Of a stretch of DNA of 64,000 bases, positions 32,001 to 38,674 are shown one piece after another. The stretch is taken from IMG/VR virus record IMGVR_UViG_3300031627_000893, one strand, 5' to 3'. The notes under the pieces were generated by a model. The model was not told where the DNA came from. It did not search any database and was given only the letters and a program-made list of their open reading frames with translations. How positions within the stretch are numbered: position 1 is the first letter of the stretch; each line of letters starts with the position of its first letter. Origin of the DNA: an uncultured virus (IMG/VR IMGVR_UViG_3300031627_000893). Lineage: Duplodnaviria > Heunggongvirae > Uroviricota > Caudoviricetes. A program made the translations under genes and the position numbers.

Positions 32001-35000
32001 ATGTTTAGCTGTCCGCCATGATCACTAATGCCGCTTTGCCAACTTGAGCGATGGATGGTCCCCGGAAACTTCGTGGCGCGTTGGGCTAAGGCTCCCATGT
32101 TCAAGGAGAAATTCGGAACATGACCTCCTGCTAGAGTCTTATTGAATTCCCTTCCTCCCGAATATCCAGAGCCTAGATGTCCCCCGGTTTTGCTGAGCCA
32201 CTTCGGATTAAGAGGCGTCGAGCTCTCCGGTTTTTTTAATCCTAGCCATTTATAGTAGCTTTTACTTTTTTTCAGAAAGCTCCCTTGACCGGGTTCATCT
32301 TTTATTCGTTGGACAAGTGCCTTGCGTATATAAGGCATTTTGGCGTTAAAATTACCCGTTAAATTTTTTATCCCTAACCCTTTAAGGATAGCCACTCCTC
32401 TTGGTGTCATCAACGACTTGATCACTTTTGGGCCAACTATGTTGGGAGCATGAAGAGTAGTATAAGCACCAGGCCCATTTCCATACTCAGCCGCGTTTTG
32501 CCTATTCCTTATCTTATTAATTAATCCCTTCATTCCCCCTACCTTTGACAGCCAGTCTATGGTTAGCGTTGAAGTGTCACTTCTTCCGGCAGAAAGAAAA
32601 TTACTCGGGGAAGCCTCCGAATGGGTCCGAAGGTAGCTCGGCTTTTGGCGTCCGGGTAGCGGTGGTAGCGGTGGGTCCATTGGCGACGGTAGCGGTGGTC
32701 GTGGGTCTCCGCCAACCAAACGGTCGAACCTTCGCGGTGGTAGGAGGCCAAAATTCGGGATATGACCTTTCCCTAGAGTTTTTTCGAACATCCTGACGCC
32801 CCTGCTATGGCCTTTCCGTTTTTTCATTCCCAGCCATTTATAGTAGCTTTTAGTTTTTTGCAGGAAGCTCCCGTGACCGGGTTCGTTTTTTATTCTATCT
32901 ACAATTGCGCGACGAAAATCACTGTAAGGCTCCTTCGCTGACTGACCAATGTCAAAATCACCCGTTAATTTTTTTATCCCTAACCTTTTAAGGACAGACG
33001 CTCCTCTTGGCGTTATTAACGACCTGATTACCTGCGGACCAACTATGGTGGGAGCGTTAAGAGTATGATAAGGCTGAATATTCGGTACGGCTGTTCCTGT
33101 CCTAACGAATATGTCTCTCCGTTCCGCTTTTGACATCTTGCTTATCCTCTCAGCGTATGCCTTCCTATCTTTTATCTGAGTAGCTAATCCCTTCATTCCC
33201 CCTACACCTGACATGTAGCCTATGTCTAACTCTCCCAATCGCAATTCCCGACCGCCACTTGCCCGATCAACGTCAGAACTACTAGCCCAGTCTGAGCGTC
33301 TCCTTTGAGCTGCGAACTTCGTGGGTGGCTTCGCGTTCGTCTGCGTTGACCAAAATGGCTTCGGCGGAGCAGCGATTCGAGTGGCTTGGCCCCGTTGAAA
33401 GGCTCCCATCATATTGAAATTCGGAACGAAGCCTCCAGAATAAGTCAGAAGACCTTTCTCGTGAAGCTTGATGAGACGTGGGTCTCTAAGGGCGGGAACC
33501 CCCAGTATCCCCTGAGATTGCCCTTCGATTTCCTGTTGGGCCCTTATCTGGTTTTTTTCGGGGGTCTCTCTCGGACGACCGCCCAACCTCGAAAGAGGCA
33601 CTTCTTTAATACCCGTTATTGCTCGAGGATCAGTGATATGCAGACTAGGCAATATATCAGAATACTTCAGGTGTTTAGATGTTTGGTAAGCCTTATGACT
33701 CAGTCCTTCATATACGTTTCTATAATTGAAGGCTCTTATTCCTCTCTGCGCCTCTAACTCTTTGAAGAACGCTTGGCGGTTGGGAGCCCAATTAGTAGAC
33801 ATCCCCAACTCATCTAACCCTAGTCTTTCCTCGAATGCCAGTTTAGCTTTCGGGTTATTCGCATATCCTTGTTTATTAAAGCCACCCGGAGTTCTCATCA
33901 AACCCCTGTTCACGGCCCACTCTGCCAAGTCGTCTATTCCTCTACCCCCGAAATCAGGAGACCTAGCTATCTGGTTCTTCTGTAAATTAGTAGTTATTTC
34001 ATATAATGAACGTCCTCCTCCCTCTCCCTCTAATTGCTTGAAGATTCCTTCCCGCATCCCTCGCTGACCAGCGACATGAAGACCCCCGAAATCAGAATGG
34101 GTATAGAAATTATTCTGCCAATTTTTTATCTTACCTATTTTGCCGTAGTGCAAAAAGCTCAATGGGTTAAAGTTCGGTACGAAGCCTTCGGCTCCCATCT
34201 GCTGACCCATCGCACGGCCAATTCTATCTGGTCGGCTACTTGAGTATGGGTCTATCCCTGTCTTAGCAATAGATTTGATCCTATGCTTTTTACCTGCCTT
34301 GCTATCCTTTGGCGGACTAATAAAAGGTTGCTTGAAGCCGCCTAAAAAATCAACTTTCTCTGCATCGTTGTAGGTCACCTTACCTACCCCAGCCATACTA
34401 AAGCTCTTGACCTCGCCCGGACTGTAGCCTCCAGCATAAGCGTTTACCCTTTCTGCCGTCCTGTTCTGCGCGTTAGTTTCGGGTATGTGTCCAGACGCTC
34501 TCCCTCTCCCTCCTCCCATTTGGAAGCCTCCTGTTTTCGAGTTCTGTATCATCCCCCCTCTCATTCCCATCGCGGCGACATTCATCCCGAGAAGAGAATT
34601 CTGCTGCATCGCCACGCCTTGGGCTCTTATAGAGGCTAAGATGTCTTTTTGAACCATAGCCATCGAACTCGTCCTTGAAAGAGATAGTTGGATTAACTGA
34701 GGATTTTGAGCCAACATTTCGTTGATCTGCTTTTGGAGCGTCCTCTGCTGTGTGGTTGCGTCATTTATGCCTATGATTTGCCTTAGCGCGATTCCCGAAA
34801 ACTTTATAGCACTACCCAATGTTTTCGCTATGGCTACCACCGCTATACCTAATCCGGGTCCAGATATAGCCGCCCCTAACCCTTTGATAAGACCTTTCCC
34901 GATATTAGCTCCTAATCCTTCCGCCCCTTCTTTTGGGGTAAGAGCCTCCGATATCTTACCTCCTATATTTAAAATATTCTTCAGGGCTGGGCCCACCAAG

Positions 35001-36157
35001 TCCTTACCTATTACTGCTCCAAATTCTTTGAACGACTCTGTAACTTTATTGACTAACGCTGATATCGTAAGATTTAATTGAGCATTTCTCTGTAGCGCAG
35101 AATTATTATTCCTCAACGCTATCTCTTGCGCTTGATCAAAGAGACTGTACTCTTTCGATAAGTCGGAAATTGCTGCCATCAATTGGTTAACTTGATACAA
35201 GCCACCAGCCATGATCTTGACTTGCTGCTGTTGAGATTGGCCTAGACCATCGTACGCCTTGGCTGTATTCTTCAAGATTTGCAAACTGTTAAGCCATTGT
35301 CCGTTTTGTTCTTTTACCTTAATACCCATCGCATCTAACTGCTCCATGGCCTTGGGCCTTTGGATCTTGACAAAAATGGACTTAATTGCGTTACCAATAA
35401 CAGGAGCGTTAAGAGCGGTCTTTTGTTTAATCACTGTTATCAACGCGCCAAGCTCCTCGAAAGAAACACCAGCAGTAGCAGCGGCAGAAGCTGATCTTTT
35501 CAGGGCCTCCGCCAAGTCCCCAGTGCTTACGGCAAAATTAGCATCCAAGTTAGCAAGTTTATTAACGACCTGAGTAGAGGTGAGACCAGCGGCGGTAAAA
35601 GTATTCATCGCGGCAGTGAGAGCTTCAACTGCTGCTTTGGAATCTAAACCAGAAAGACGGACTAATACCATCGCGTCCCTAACCCTTATCATAACCTGCT
35701 CGGTGGTAAGACCTTGCCGTGCTAACTCATTAGCAGAATCAGCTACAGTACCAAAAGCCTGACCCGTATCTTTGGCTATTGCGAATAATTTACTGCGAAA
35801 ATCTGAAAGCTCCGATGTCGTCCCTTTTAAAAGAACATTGATTTGGGCTAGTCTTTTCTCTACATCAATTGTACTCGAAACTAACTCCTTCATTGCCGAG
35901 CCAACAGCATATATAGCTCCAGCGGAAGCCCCAAAAGCAAAAACACGAGCATTGGCAGCAGCCATTGACTTCCCAAACTGATCTGCTCCTTGAGTCATTG
36001 ACCCAAGAGCCATCTTAGAAGCACCCGAATCGGAAGATGAAATAGGGTTAAATTTTGCCTTTTTCTCTATCCTGTTAAGAGAACTCTTAACATTCCTCTC
36101 TAGACCCCTAGTGTCTAGTCTTGCTCTAACGTCAATAGTTGCTACTGGTGCTGCCAT
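23096..36157 (-). CDS. Tape measure protein (4353 aa) with an inserted array of effector-like cassettes
   Basis: TP901-like TMP core (ELARQG...LDANFAVSTGDLAEAL...IGNAIKSIF), position after tube and chaperone genes, Gly-rich hydrophobic segments, and C-terminal VPAMLTEGEFVVNA repeats. Confidence 0.92.
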   Translation of the reverse strand: MAAPVATIDVRARLDTRGLERNVKSSLNRIEKKAKFNPISSSDSGASKMALGSMTQGADQFGKSMAAANARVFAFGASAGAIYAVGSAMKELVSSTIDVEKRLAQINVLLKGTTSELSDFRSKLFAIAKDTGQAFGTVADSANELARQGLTTEQVMIRVRDAMVLVRLSGLDSKAAVEALTAAMNTFTAAGLTSTQVVNKLANLDANFAVSTGDLAEALKRSASAAATAGVSFEELGALITVIKQKTALNAPVIGNAIKSIFVKIQRPKAMEQLDAMGIKVKEQNGQWLNSLQILKNTAKAYDGLGQSQQQQVKIMAGGLYQVNQLMAAISDLSKEYSLFDQAQEIALRNNNSALQRNAQLNLTISALVNKVTESFKEFGAVIGKDLVGPALKNILNIGGKISEALTPKEGAEGLGANIGKGLIKGLGAAISGPGLGIAVVAIAKTLGSAIKFSGIALRQIIGINDATTQQRTLQKQINEMLAQNPQLIQLSLSRTSSMAMVQKDILASIRAQGVAMQQNSLLGMNVAAMGMRGGMIQNSKTGGFQMGGGRGRASGHIPETNAQNRTAERVNAYAGGYSPGEVKSFSMAGVGKVTYNDAEKVDFLGGFKQPFISPPKDSKAGKKHRIKSIAKTGIDPYSSSRPDRIGRAMGQQMGAEGFVPNFNPLSFLHYGKIGKIKNWQNNFYTHSDFGGLHVAGQRGMREGIFKQLEGEGGGRSLYEITTNLQKNQIARSPDFGGRGIDDLAEWAVNRGLMRTPGGFNKQGYANNPKAKLAFEERLGLDELGMSTNWAPNRQAFFKELEAQRGIRAFNYRNVYEGLSHKAYQTSKHLKYSDILPSLHITDPRAITGIKEVPLSRLGGRPRETPEKNQIRAQQEIEGQSQGILGVPALRDPRLIKLHEKGLLTYSGGFVPNFNMMGAFQRGQATRIAAPPKPFWSTQTNAKPPTKFAAQRRRSDWASSSDVDRASGGRELRLGELDIGYMSGVGGMKGLATQIKDRKAYAERISKMSKAERRDIFVRTGTAVPNIQPYHTLNAPTIVGPQVIRSLITPRGASVLKRLGIKKLTGDFDIGQSAKEPYSDFRRAIVDRIKNEPGHGSFLQKTKSYYKWLGMKKRKGHSRGVRMFEKTLGKGHIPNFGLLPPRRFDRLVGGDPRPPLPSPMDPPLPPLPGRQKPSYLRTHSEASPSNFLSAGRSDTSTLTIDWLSKVGGMKGLINKIRNRQNAAEYGNGPGAYTTLHAPNIVGPKVIKSLMTPRGVAILKGLGIKNLTGNFNAKMPYIRKALVQRIKDEPGQGSFLKKSKSYYKWLGLKKPESSTPLNPKWLSKTGGHLGSGYSGGREFNKTLAGGHVPNFSLNMGALAQRATKFPGTIHRSSWQSGISDHGGQLNIGYMSGVGGLKGLINQIKQRSARVDQISKMTNSERRAEFARTGENLGQIEKFHTLHAPTIVGPPVIKTLMTPRGAKILKKLGIKKLTGDFDVGRKDKSQEIRRAVIDRIKNEPGQGSFREKARSYYKWMGLSRKGQGDGHGFTGNGNPWPGERFFNKTLGKGHIPNFGMTEVYRGIEGRRALARQRLPEALGGGAGTVQDALSGRMGIWQGRIPNIGMPSTPDQLKKALSKHIGNSSDGNMSVTGFNNSGLDPFMSASTNKHVASTFAMRHGSDKGYGYMAKTRLSGKDIFGQKEIEALYKKEGSLNSLYNMAQGRPLGFDPQKFGISGPTGSGARYGFDHEREISLLMPSMFKQGAGTGSAKTSLMKLGYKDWPSNEIKGFGKPGSFKTHSEQEKAYPIPKDDYFSSGFVPNFNLQKLANLGGSTGAELMLDPSGEKLVRKFGASNGHIINEFEANKIYRSLGVPVPDHSLNKTPQGRSFMLSKYLEGGTSLGTYMRSALPGEKDNIMKQIQSRAAKIALMADWDAIGMSQDNMMVDKKGKVVQIDSGGALRYRAQGGLKGDMFGSQVRELASLRDPSRSSSEWFGDVKDSELRKQIKGIDPSKITGSTGTKNILLQRLAMMRRFSGGFVPNFNNPLERAVSAERMGIKESGSAAKPMIGYDNRVGVGVYSSNQGSLGNAISQHLNAGQSPSTLRRTGAAEGGVPNFFMGGDSGMTGATALSFAAMGFMGMGQGTNKAEQIQGHQEDAEKNRRAVAESKSDMKVQQKILKGIEAEASKTNKQLSTLTNEQKSLTKTLTSPTGTSSSTYRMAQTQGVNLGFSTDAKVRGATTAFLEKSVEGKPISEGGTLTDKERKQQQGTSKVEQDERRKELNARRNASANFEQQTQQNRINLQEQQKINAQNEKNQRTVIRTAAINQSNANQSRIKSLQAADDAKKGTLRDPKTNNPYKNQRAMKLAAGMGRMGLGITMAAPIVAGMVGQGMFPGDNESARRGRAGVGALGSMGSMAGMGAMIGSTGGAPGAAAGAVIGGTIGLAMGVNSIVNEYTNATGELLKVFEESKNTLNKFNSGTQQVTRTYAGYVRGLNDATDSIGAVEMGRRRKQFSLSLAAIPDSERANVMQGFSGDMQTLTDNIARVGSRLRDRAEGLGGAVEFQKFKESNSSGGIMAYLEHTVKGTMLGLGGETGNEAERLIGEGMNHTEALRKSAGDVFSKLDSPEGKVMFDKFANSLIQSSNIKDMEAKDIIKMFEGSDRANNSMDLRTQMKEVGVSPEQQNEMLGMRTKDFMKIQKAFANFGHELKSANDWADLFKSISKKNRDFAANAKIAAQDLAAVSERVEFSMRNAVKNFGKFLGGTQSLGLNDLGNKASMNLETMALGQRTLSPFLTKEANLDNANQLTMRKIGSAGQMNLRKQENKTTLGTFDAIVAGIAKAGTRQTSYIQGLGGGATDQEVSTQKLLQQKTSAEQRELNRIFELAQAGQKGGVVGSDLLSSVTATVRDSTVLSGGDAGRALQVQVLETLKGLRIDSDVNLALVAQKIDHSITLQSLRNEYAIKSLEIQRNLERQGGVAEFKSGPFSALSRMDDLREGRRNTNKMGVGRSIGSGMQDFKEADFLKNYMGVASKDLPKGLIESSISSRAEQMARAAREMDASGLGHGSITDEMMTKKGNMVAAEQQVQSVLKGGIPQSLQDIKAKIQSANEALITDNAENEVRFKRALESVFDPNYGLDVKNKLDALVEIRNQEVKETEKDRSGQKKLSAESLLRTEVMNAYQMINQGKRLDSDFVGSKEQELYPMLTGQQMRDRTTQMLSSDFDVQGGMDFLVTTLKEMEFQIRKIENSKAADKVAREATDKNGLIYPDYKDQTTDKQLVLLTQLKQHREMLKDVVLEQKKIYDDETASVKKLNAELAILRANIEKLSRKKGSGGRVGGIDKATGLPFGVGDIDPDTGLPYGANGGSGSASGSGGGYGSVGAQGNVGRRGASGRSGVPYVGAETSVREGYGMPPASDLRPSYAPAQQFTTPPVSMGAKFYQWFADISKQRADEKKKGGQATTHHDRNLSRQEEHDAAGTKSPWSSGYQSYLKADKDTRGPWSGPRAWEESQKRDARISNSLGNAPVRGGQYTEGTQYTDARSASGQSGGARDSGFNRTHPGGRGSDFYTNREHPGGRGSDYYTTMIRGKIESFIKQIKNFGGGGRGGSAAATTNAYSTNRDFAGRPVSPVGTTSSIRDMLRGAGMAEGHINDQRLAGIGETYNQAMYKPVDYGSDTSRQAEESAKWTEQHTRVNEKLKIAILAADKASVSFEQRVLAIATAMKEADVEGRFRRGEISGRDLAASKKIMYDQQAQSGTFDIGSTGDLFKSQFAYNDMDQLRDYQRLITETATTMKDSFKGAFHDFATGAKSSKDAFGDMATSILTKITSITHDMAWDSFFGALMGPDYSNPQKTQGKGYKRKGFSNGGTVHGRKGIDKVPAMLTEGEFVVNARDAERNSHILRAINSGQRLAKGGSINSVARNQFDFFRDTNVDDELSARQPTSGVMNVSESLSQIGQEDRGINPQNRIKFDRQEALFSYNKENYEREKANKAAFDTWEDEKDAMITGAWLDAAMLIGTQGLKGSKNETLASVGNAMASTGGQTALGALAGGLMGGKKGAITGAVAGFGSGIMTNEALPRMQEWNAQNEKKNIAKQAADDAKKKLEKEEFIKEVSGVIAGENKTVSSKMDAANKSRAKGEKSWFSKLFTHKKYTPSQETGSMYDQQEWYDFNYKKAGGFSKGGSVFGAELGTDTVPAMLTEGEFVVNADDAARNMGILKRINGGGRTKGYADGGYVTSDRASEGSFVGTDAGAGGLGLSDSVTELINEVRGVRTAIEEQQTAQESDRQGGPSNTINAQGSSTPSNVTNNINISVSMDDAGGSSSKTETSGRATEGGTGNDIEDMRARAEKDKELSEKIKFGVVDVILKEQRPGGLLFK
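29879..34186 (-). repeat. Eight G[FHG][VI]PNF delimiter motifs within the TMP
   Basis: Motifs at 34169-34186, 33416-33433, 32750-32767, 32108-32125, 31502-31519, 30761-30778, 30101-30118 and 29879-29896. Confidence 0.9.
31520..33415 (-). repeat. Tandem triplication of a ~200-220-aa domain within the TMP
   Basis: Three copies of GVGG.KGL...TL.AP.IVGP.VI..L.TPRG...LGIK.LTG.F...RIK.EPG.GSF...SYYKW.G, also similar at the DNA level (e.g. ccatttatagtagctt in each copy). Confidence 0.9.
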
Positions 36158-36193
36158 TATACCTTATCCCTTAGGTATTATTACACCTTTTTT

Positions 36194-37258
36194 TTACTTT
36201 ACGTTGTGTATTTTCATTAGCTCATAAATGTCTAGTTTTCCGCCTTTCTTGGCTGCTTCTTTAGATAAACTTATATATTCTCCTTGATCTTCCCCTAAAC
36301 CAAGCCTCTCCAGATCCTCTTTCGTCGCCCCGACAAGGCTAGTAGCACCACCCGCTTTTTCTTTACCCTCTAATGGGTCCTTCCCCTTGGCGTCTAGGCT
36401 CTCTATAACCTTCATCGCCTCTTCTCCCTGTTCAAAGAATTCTGTTAACTTGTCTGGATCATCATACATCTCATCAGGCGGCTTGTTCTTAGAGTTTTGC
36501 AGCATATTCTTATAGTTCTTCCCAAAACTATAAAGTTGAACTTGATAGAACGTTAGATTGACGATTGGCTTACCGAAAAAATAATAAGGGTTATCTTCAG
36601 ATACATAAAAAAAGTTTAAAAAGAATCCAGAGAGAGCAATGCGTTTTAAAGTTTCTGATGAGAACTTTGTATTGACGGCGTTATAGTTAGCGACTAAATC
36701 CGATAACTCCTTAGCGGATAAGTAGTCAAAGTCTTCGCAGCTAAAAAAAGGTTCTTTCAAGTCTCTGTCTTTATACAAAGATGAAAAAACATAGTACTCG
36801 TTTGTTTTCTTTTGAGCATACTTTTCCGAAGTAAACCCAATAAGCTCCTCTCTTTTAGCCAAACTTTCAAAAAAAGTTTTGTTATTAGCCTCTATTTGAA
36901 CCTCTATTTCGTTTTTTTGGTCTTGTATGAAAAGCTTTTTCTTACTTATTTCTAAGCTTTTAATGAAGCCCTCAAGCTCCTTCATGTCCTCTTCGTCTTT
37001 AGAAGTCCAAAGTTCCTCCCCGTCTAAAAACTTTAGTTGATCCCCCTCTTTGACGAGACCCATCGTCTCTGATTTGTTCGTAGCCTCTGAATGCACCTCG
37101 TCTACTCTAGCGGAGTCCATAGACGTGAAGTGTTTTATGTAACAATCTTCTCCCTTGAAATAATCAAACGCACTATATCCAAAAATTATATCGTTATATA
37201 TAAACCTAAGCTTCTCCTTAGGAATCTCAAATTTTTTCTTTTTACTTTCGCTTTTCAT
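36194..37258 (-). CDS. Putative tail assembly chaperone (pre-TMP)
   Basis: Lies immediately upstream of the TMP; charged helical composition. Confidence 0.5.
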   Translation of the reverse strand: MKSESKKKKFEIPKEKLRFIYNDIIFGYSAFDYFKGEDCYIKHFTSMDSARVDEVHSEATNKSETMGLVKEGDQLKFLDGEELWTSKDEEDMKELEGFIKSLEISKKKLFIQDQKNEIEVQIEANNKTFFESLAKREELIGFTSEKYAQKKTNEYYVFSSLYKDRDLKEPFFSCEDFDYLSAKELSDLVANYNAVNTKFSSETLKRIALSGFFLNFFYVSEDNPYYFFGKPIVNLTFYQVQLYSFGKNYKNMLQNSKNKPPDEMYDDPDKLTEFFEQGEEAMKVIESLDAKGKDPLEGKEKAGGATSLVGATKEDLERLGLGEDQGEYISLSKEAAKKGGKLDIYELMKIHNVK

Positions 37259-37284
37259 AAAAAAACCCCACCTAAGTGGGGTTT
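37259..37284 (-). terminator. Intrinsic terminator-like hairpin
   Basis: Minus strand AAACCCCAC-TTAG-GTGGGGTTT followed by a T-run that abuts the next ATG. Confidence 0.65.
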
Positions 37285-37300
37285 CATGGTCTAGTGCTTA

Positions 37301-38329
37301 TCAATTTTCGGTCCCTTTATCTTCGGGCTCTTCTGACTCTTCGGACTCTTCGGACTCTTCGGACTCTTCGGACTCTTCGGGTGGCATTTCATCCTTGGAC
37401 TCTTCAGCTTCCTTTTCAGCTTCGACTTCCTTTTCGGCTTCGACTTCCTTTTCCATCTCTTCTGTCTTGGCTATGACATCCTTTTGGGCTTCTTCCATCT
37501 TCTCTTCCTCTTCTTTTATAAGATCACTAAAGGCTTCATCTATGTCTTCTTTTGGAATTCCGCCTCCAGCTTCCGAAGTGGAATCTTCCAGCATCTGCTC
37601 TGATTTGGATAGAGCCTCGAATTCTTCTTGAGTACTCGCTCTTCCAACGTACCAATAACTTATGTAATAGGAATAAGTCCTTAAAACTTCGTCGATGTAA
37701 TCGTTCCCTTCTTCTTCTAGGGCATCATAAACCGTTAGTTTTTCTTCCGAATTTCCATCCCCGAAAAAGGGAATCTCATCCCCAGCTTCTGAGGTTTCGT
37801 AAGACAAATTCAAAACCCACCACATAATCGTTTTCGTCCGCGCTCTGTTTTCGGCGGTTTGATCGAAAAAACTAGCTTGAGCAGTTTCGAAGTCCTGTAT
37901 TTTAGCTCTACACCCGATCAACGCTCTTACGGCTGCGTTGTATTTCTCACGTTCTTCTTCCGTCTGCTCTGCTTTCGGGATTATCTGTAAGCGAGTAACC
38001 TCGTTTTGTAGCTCAAACATAGTGAAGTAAAGCCCAGAATATTGCTCTTGATCGGCCTCGCTTAACACTCCTCCATCGTTATCGAACCTTTTGGCTAACA
38101 TTGCCCTCGTGAGCATCCCTGCCTTAATTCCTTCGGACAGCTTAACGCCAAAATATAATTCAGCCTCGTCAAACATCACCCGCGTAGGTTTTTTAAGGAA
38201 AAAAGACCTTTCCTTATTCGTCTCTACGGTCTTCTTGACTGTGACCTCGTTACCGTCTGCATCTTTACTCTTTTCTTCTTCCTCTCTGAGAACAGGCTGA
38301 GTAAGTGTAAATTCGTATAATTTTTTCAT
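37301..38329 (-). CDS. Putative tail assembly chaperone with acidic low-complexity C-terminus
   Basis: Lies between tail tube and TMP; ends in EVEAEK and ESE repeats. Confidence 0.5.
   Translation of the reverse strand: MKKLYEFTLTQPVLREEEEKSKDADGNEVTVKKTVETNKERSFFLKKPTRVMFDEAELYFGVKLSEGIKAGMLTRAMLAKRFDNDGGVLSEADQEQYSGLYFTMFELQNEVTRLQIIPKAEQTEEEREKYNAAVRALIGCRAKIQDFETAQASFFDQTAENRARTKTIMWWVLNLSYETSEAGDEIPFFGDGNSEEKLTVYDALEEEGNDYIDEVLRTYSYYISYWYVGRASTQEEFEALSKSEQMLEDSTSEAGGGIPKEDIDEAFSDLIKEEEEKMEEAQKDVIAKTEEMEKEVEAEKEVEAEKEAEESKDEMPPEESEESEESEESEESEEPEDKGTEN
37321..37380. repeat. 9-nt tandem repeat (cttcggact)n encoding ESE
   Basis: Directly visible, about 5-6 imperfect copies. Confidence 0.85.
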
Positions 38330-38562
38330 TCTTGTTTTTGTTTAAGTGTTATATTGAGTTTCGAGAAGTTTTCTTCTAGATCTCTAATAGTGTCATTCCC
38401 ATAATCGAGAACTCTTTTTCTGGCTCTCTGGTACGATTGGTCATTAACCTTATTACCATCTTCATCCTTAATATCCTCAAGGATGAATAGAAACTGTTTG
38501 TATAAACCAGTTACTTTTCTGGATATTTGAAATCTAACGAATTCGCCACAATCTTCACGCAT
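38326..38562 (-). CDS. Small hypothetical protein
   Basis: 78-aa ORF with AAGG RBS, overlapping the start of the next gene. Confidence 0.65.
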   Translation of the reverse strand: MREDCGEFVRFQISRKVTGLYKQFLFILEDIKDEDGNKVNDQSYQRARKRVLDYGNDTIRDLEENFSKLNITLKQKQE

Positions 38563-38619
38563 AGAATACCTTTCACCTTTTTCCTACTTCTATTATACAC
38601 TCGAAACCAAAAAAAACAT

Positions 38620-38651
38620 AAAAAAAAAACCCCACCTTTCGGCGGGGTTTT
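38620..38651 (-). terminator. Intrinsic terminator after major tail tube gene
   Basis: Minus strand CCCCGCC-GAAA-GGTGGGG followed by a long T-run. Confidence 0.85.
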
Positions 38652-38674
38652 GTTCAGTTTAAGGCTGAGAGTTA

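Noticed and set aside
29879..34186. CRISPR-like or DGR interpretation of the regularly spaced repeats
   Set aside because: Repeats are conserved as protein with synonymous variation, spacers are 200-750 nt and in frame, and there is no cas or reverse transcriptase gene. I noticed no adenine-specific mismatch pattern.
36194..38329. Programmed G/GT frameshift between the chaperone genes
   Set aside because: The ORFs do not overlap, a hairpin separates them, and no slippery heptamer was seen near the first stop.
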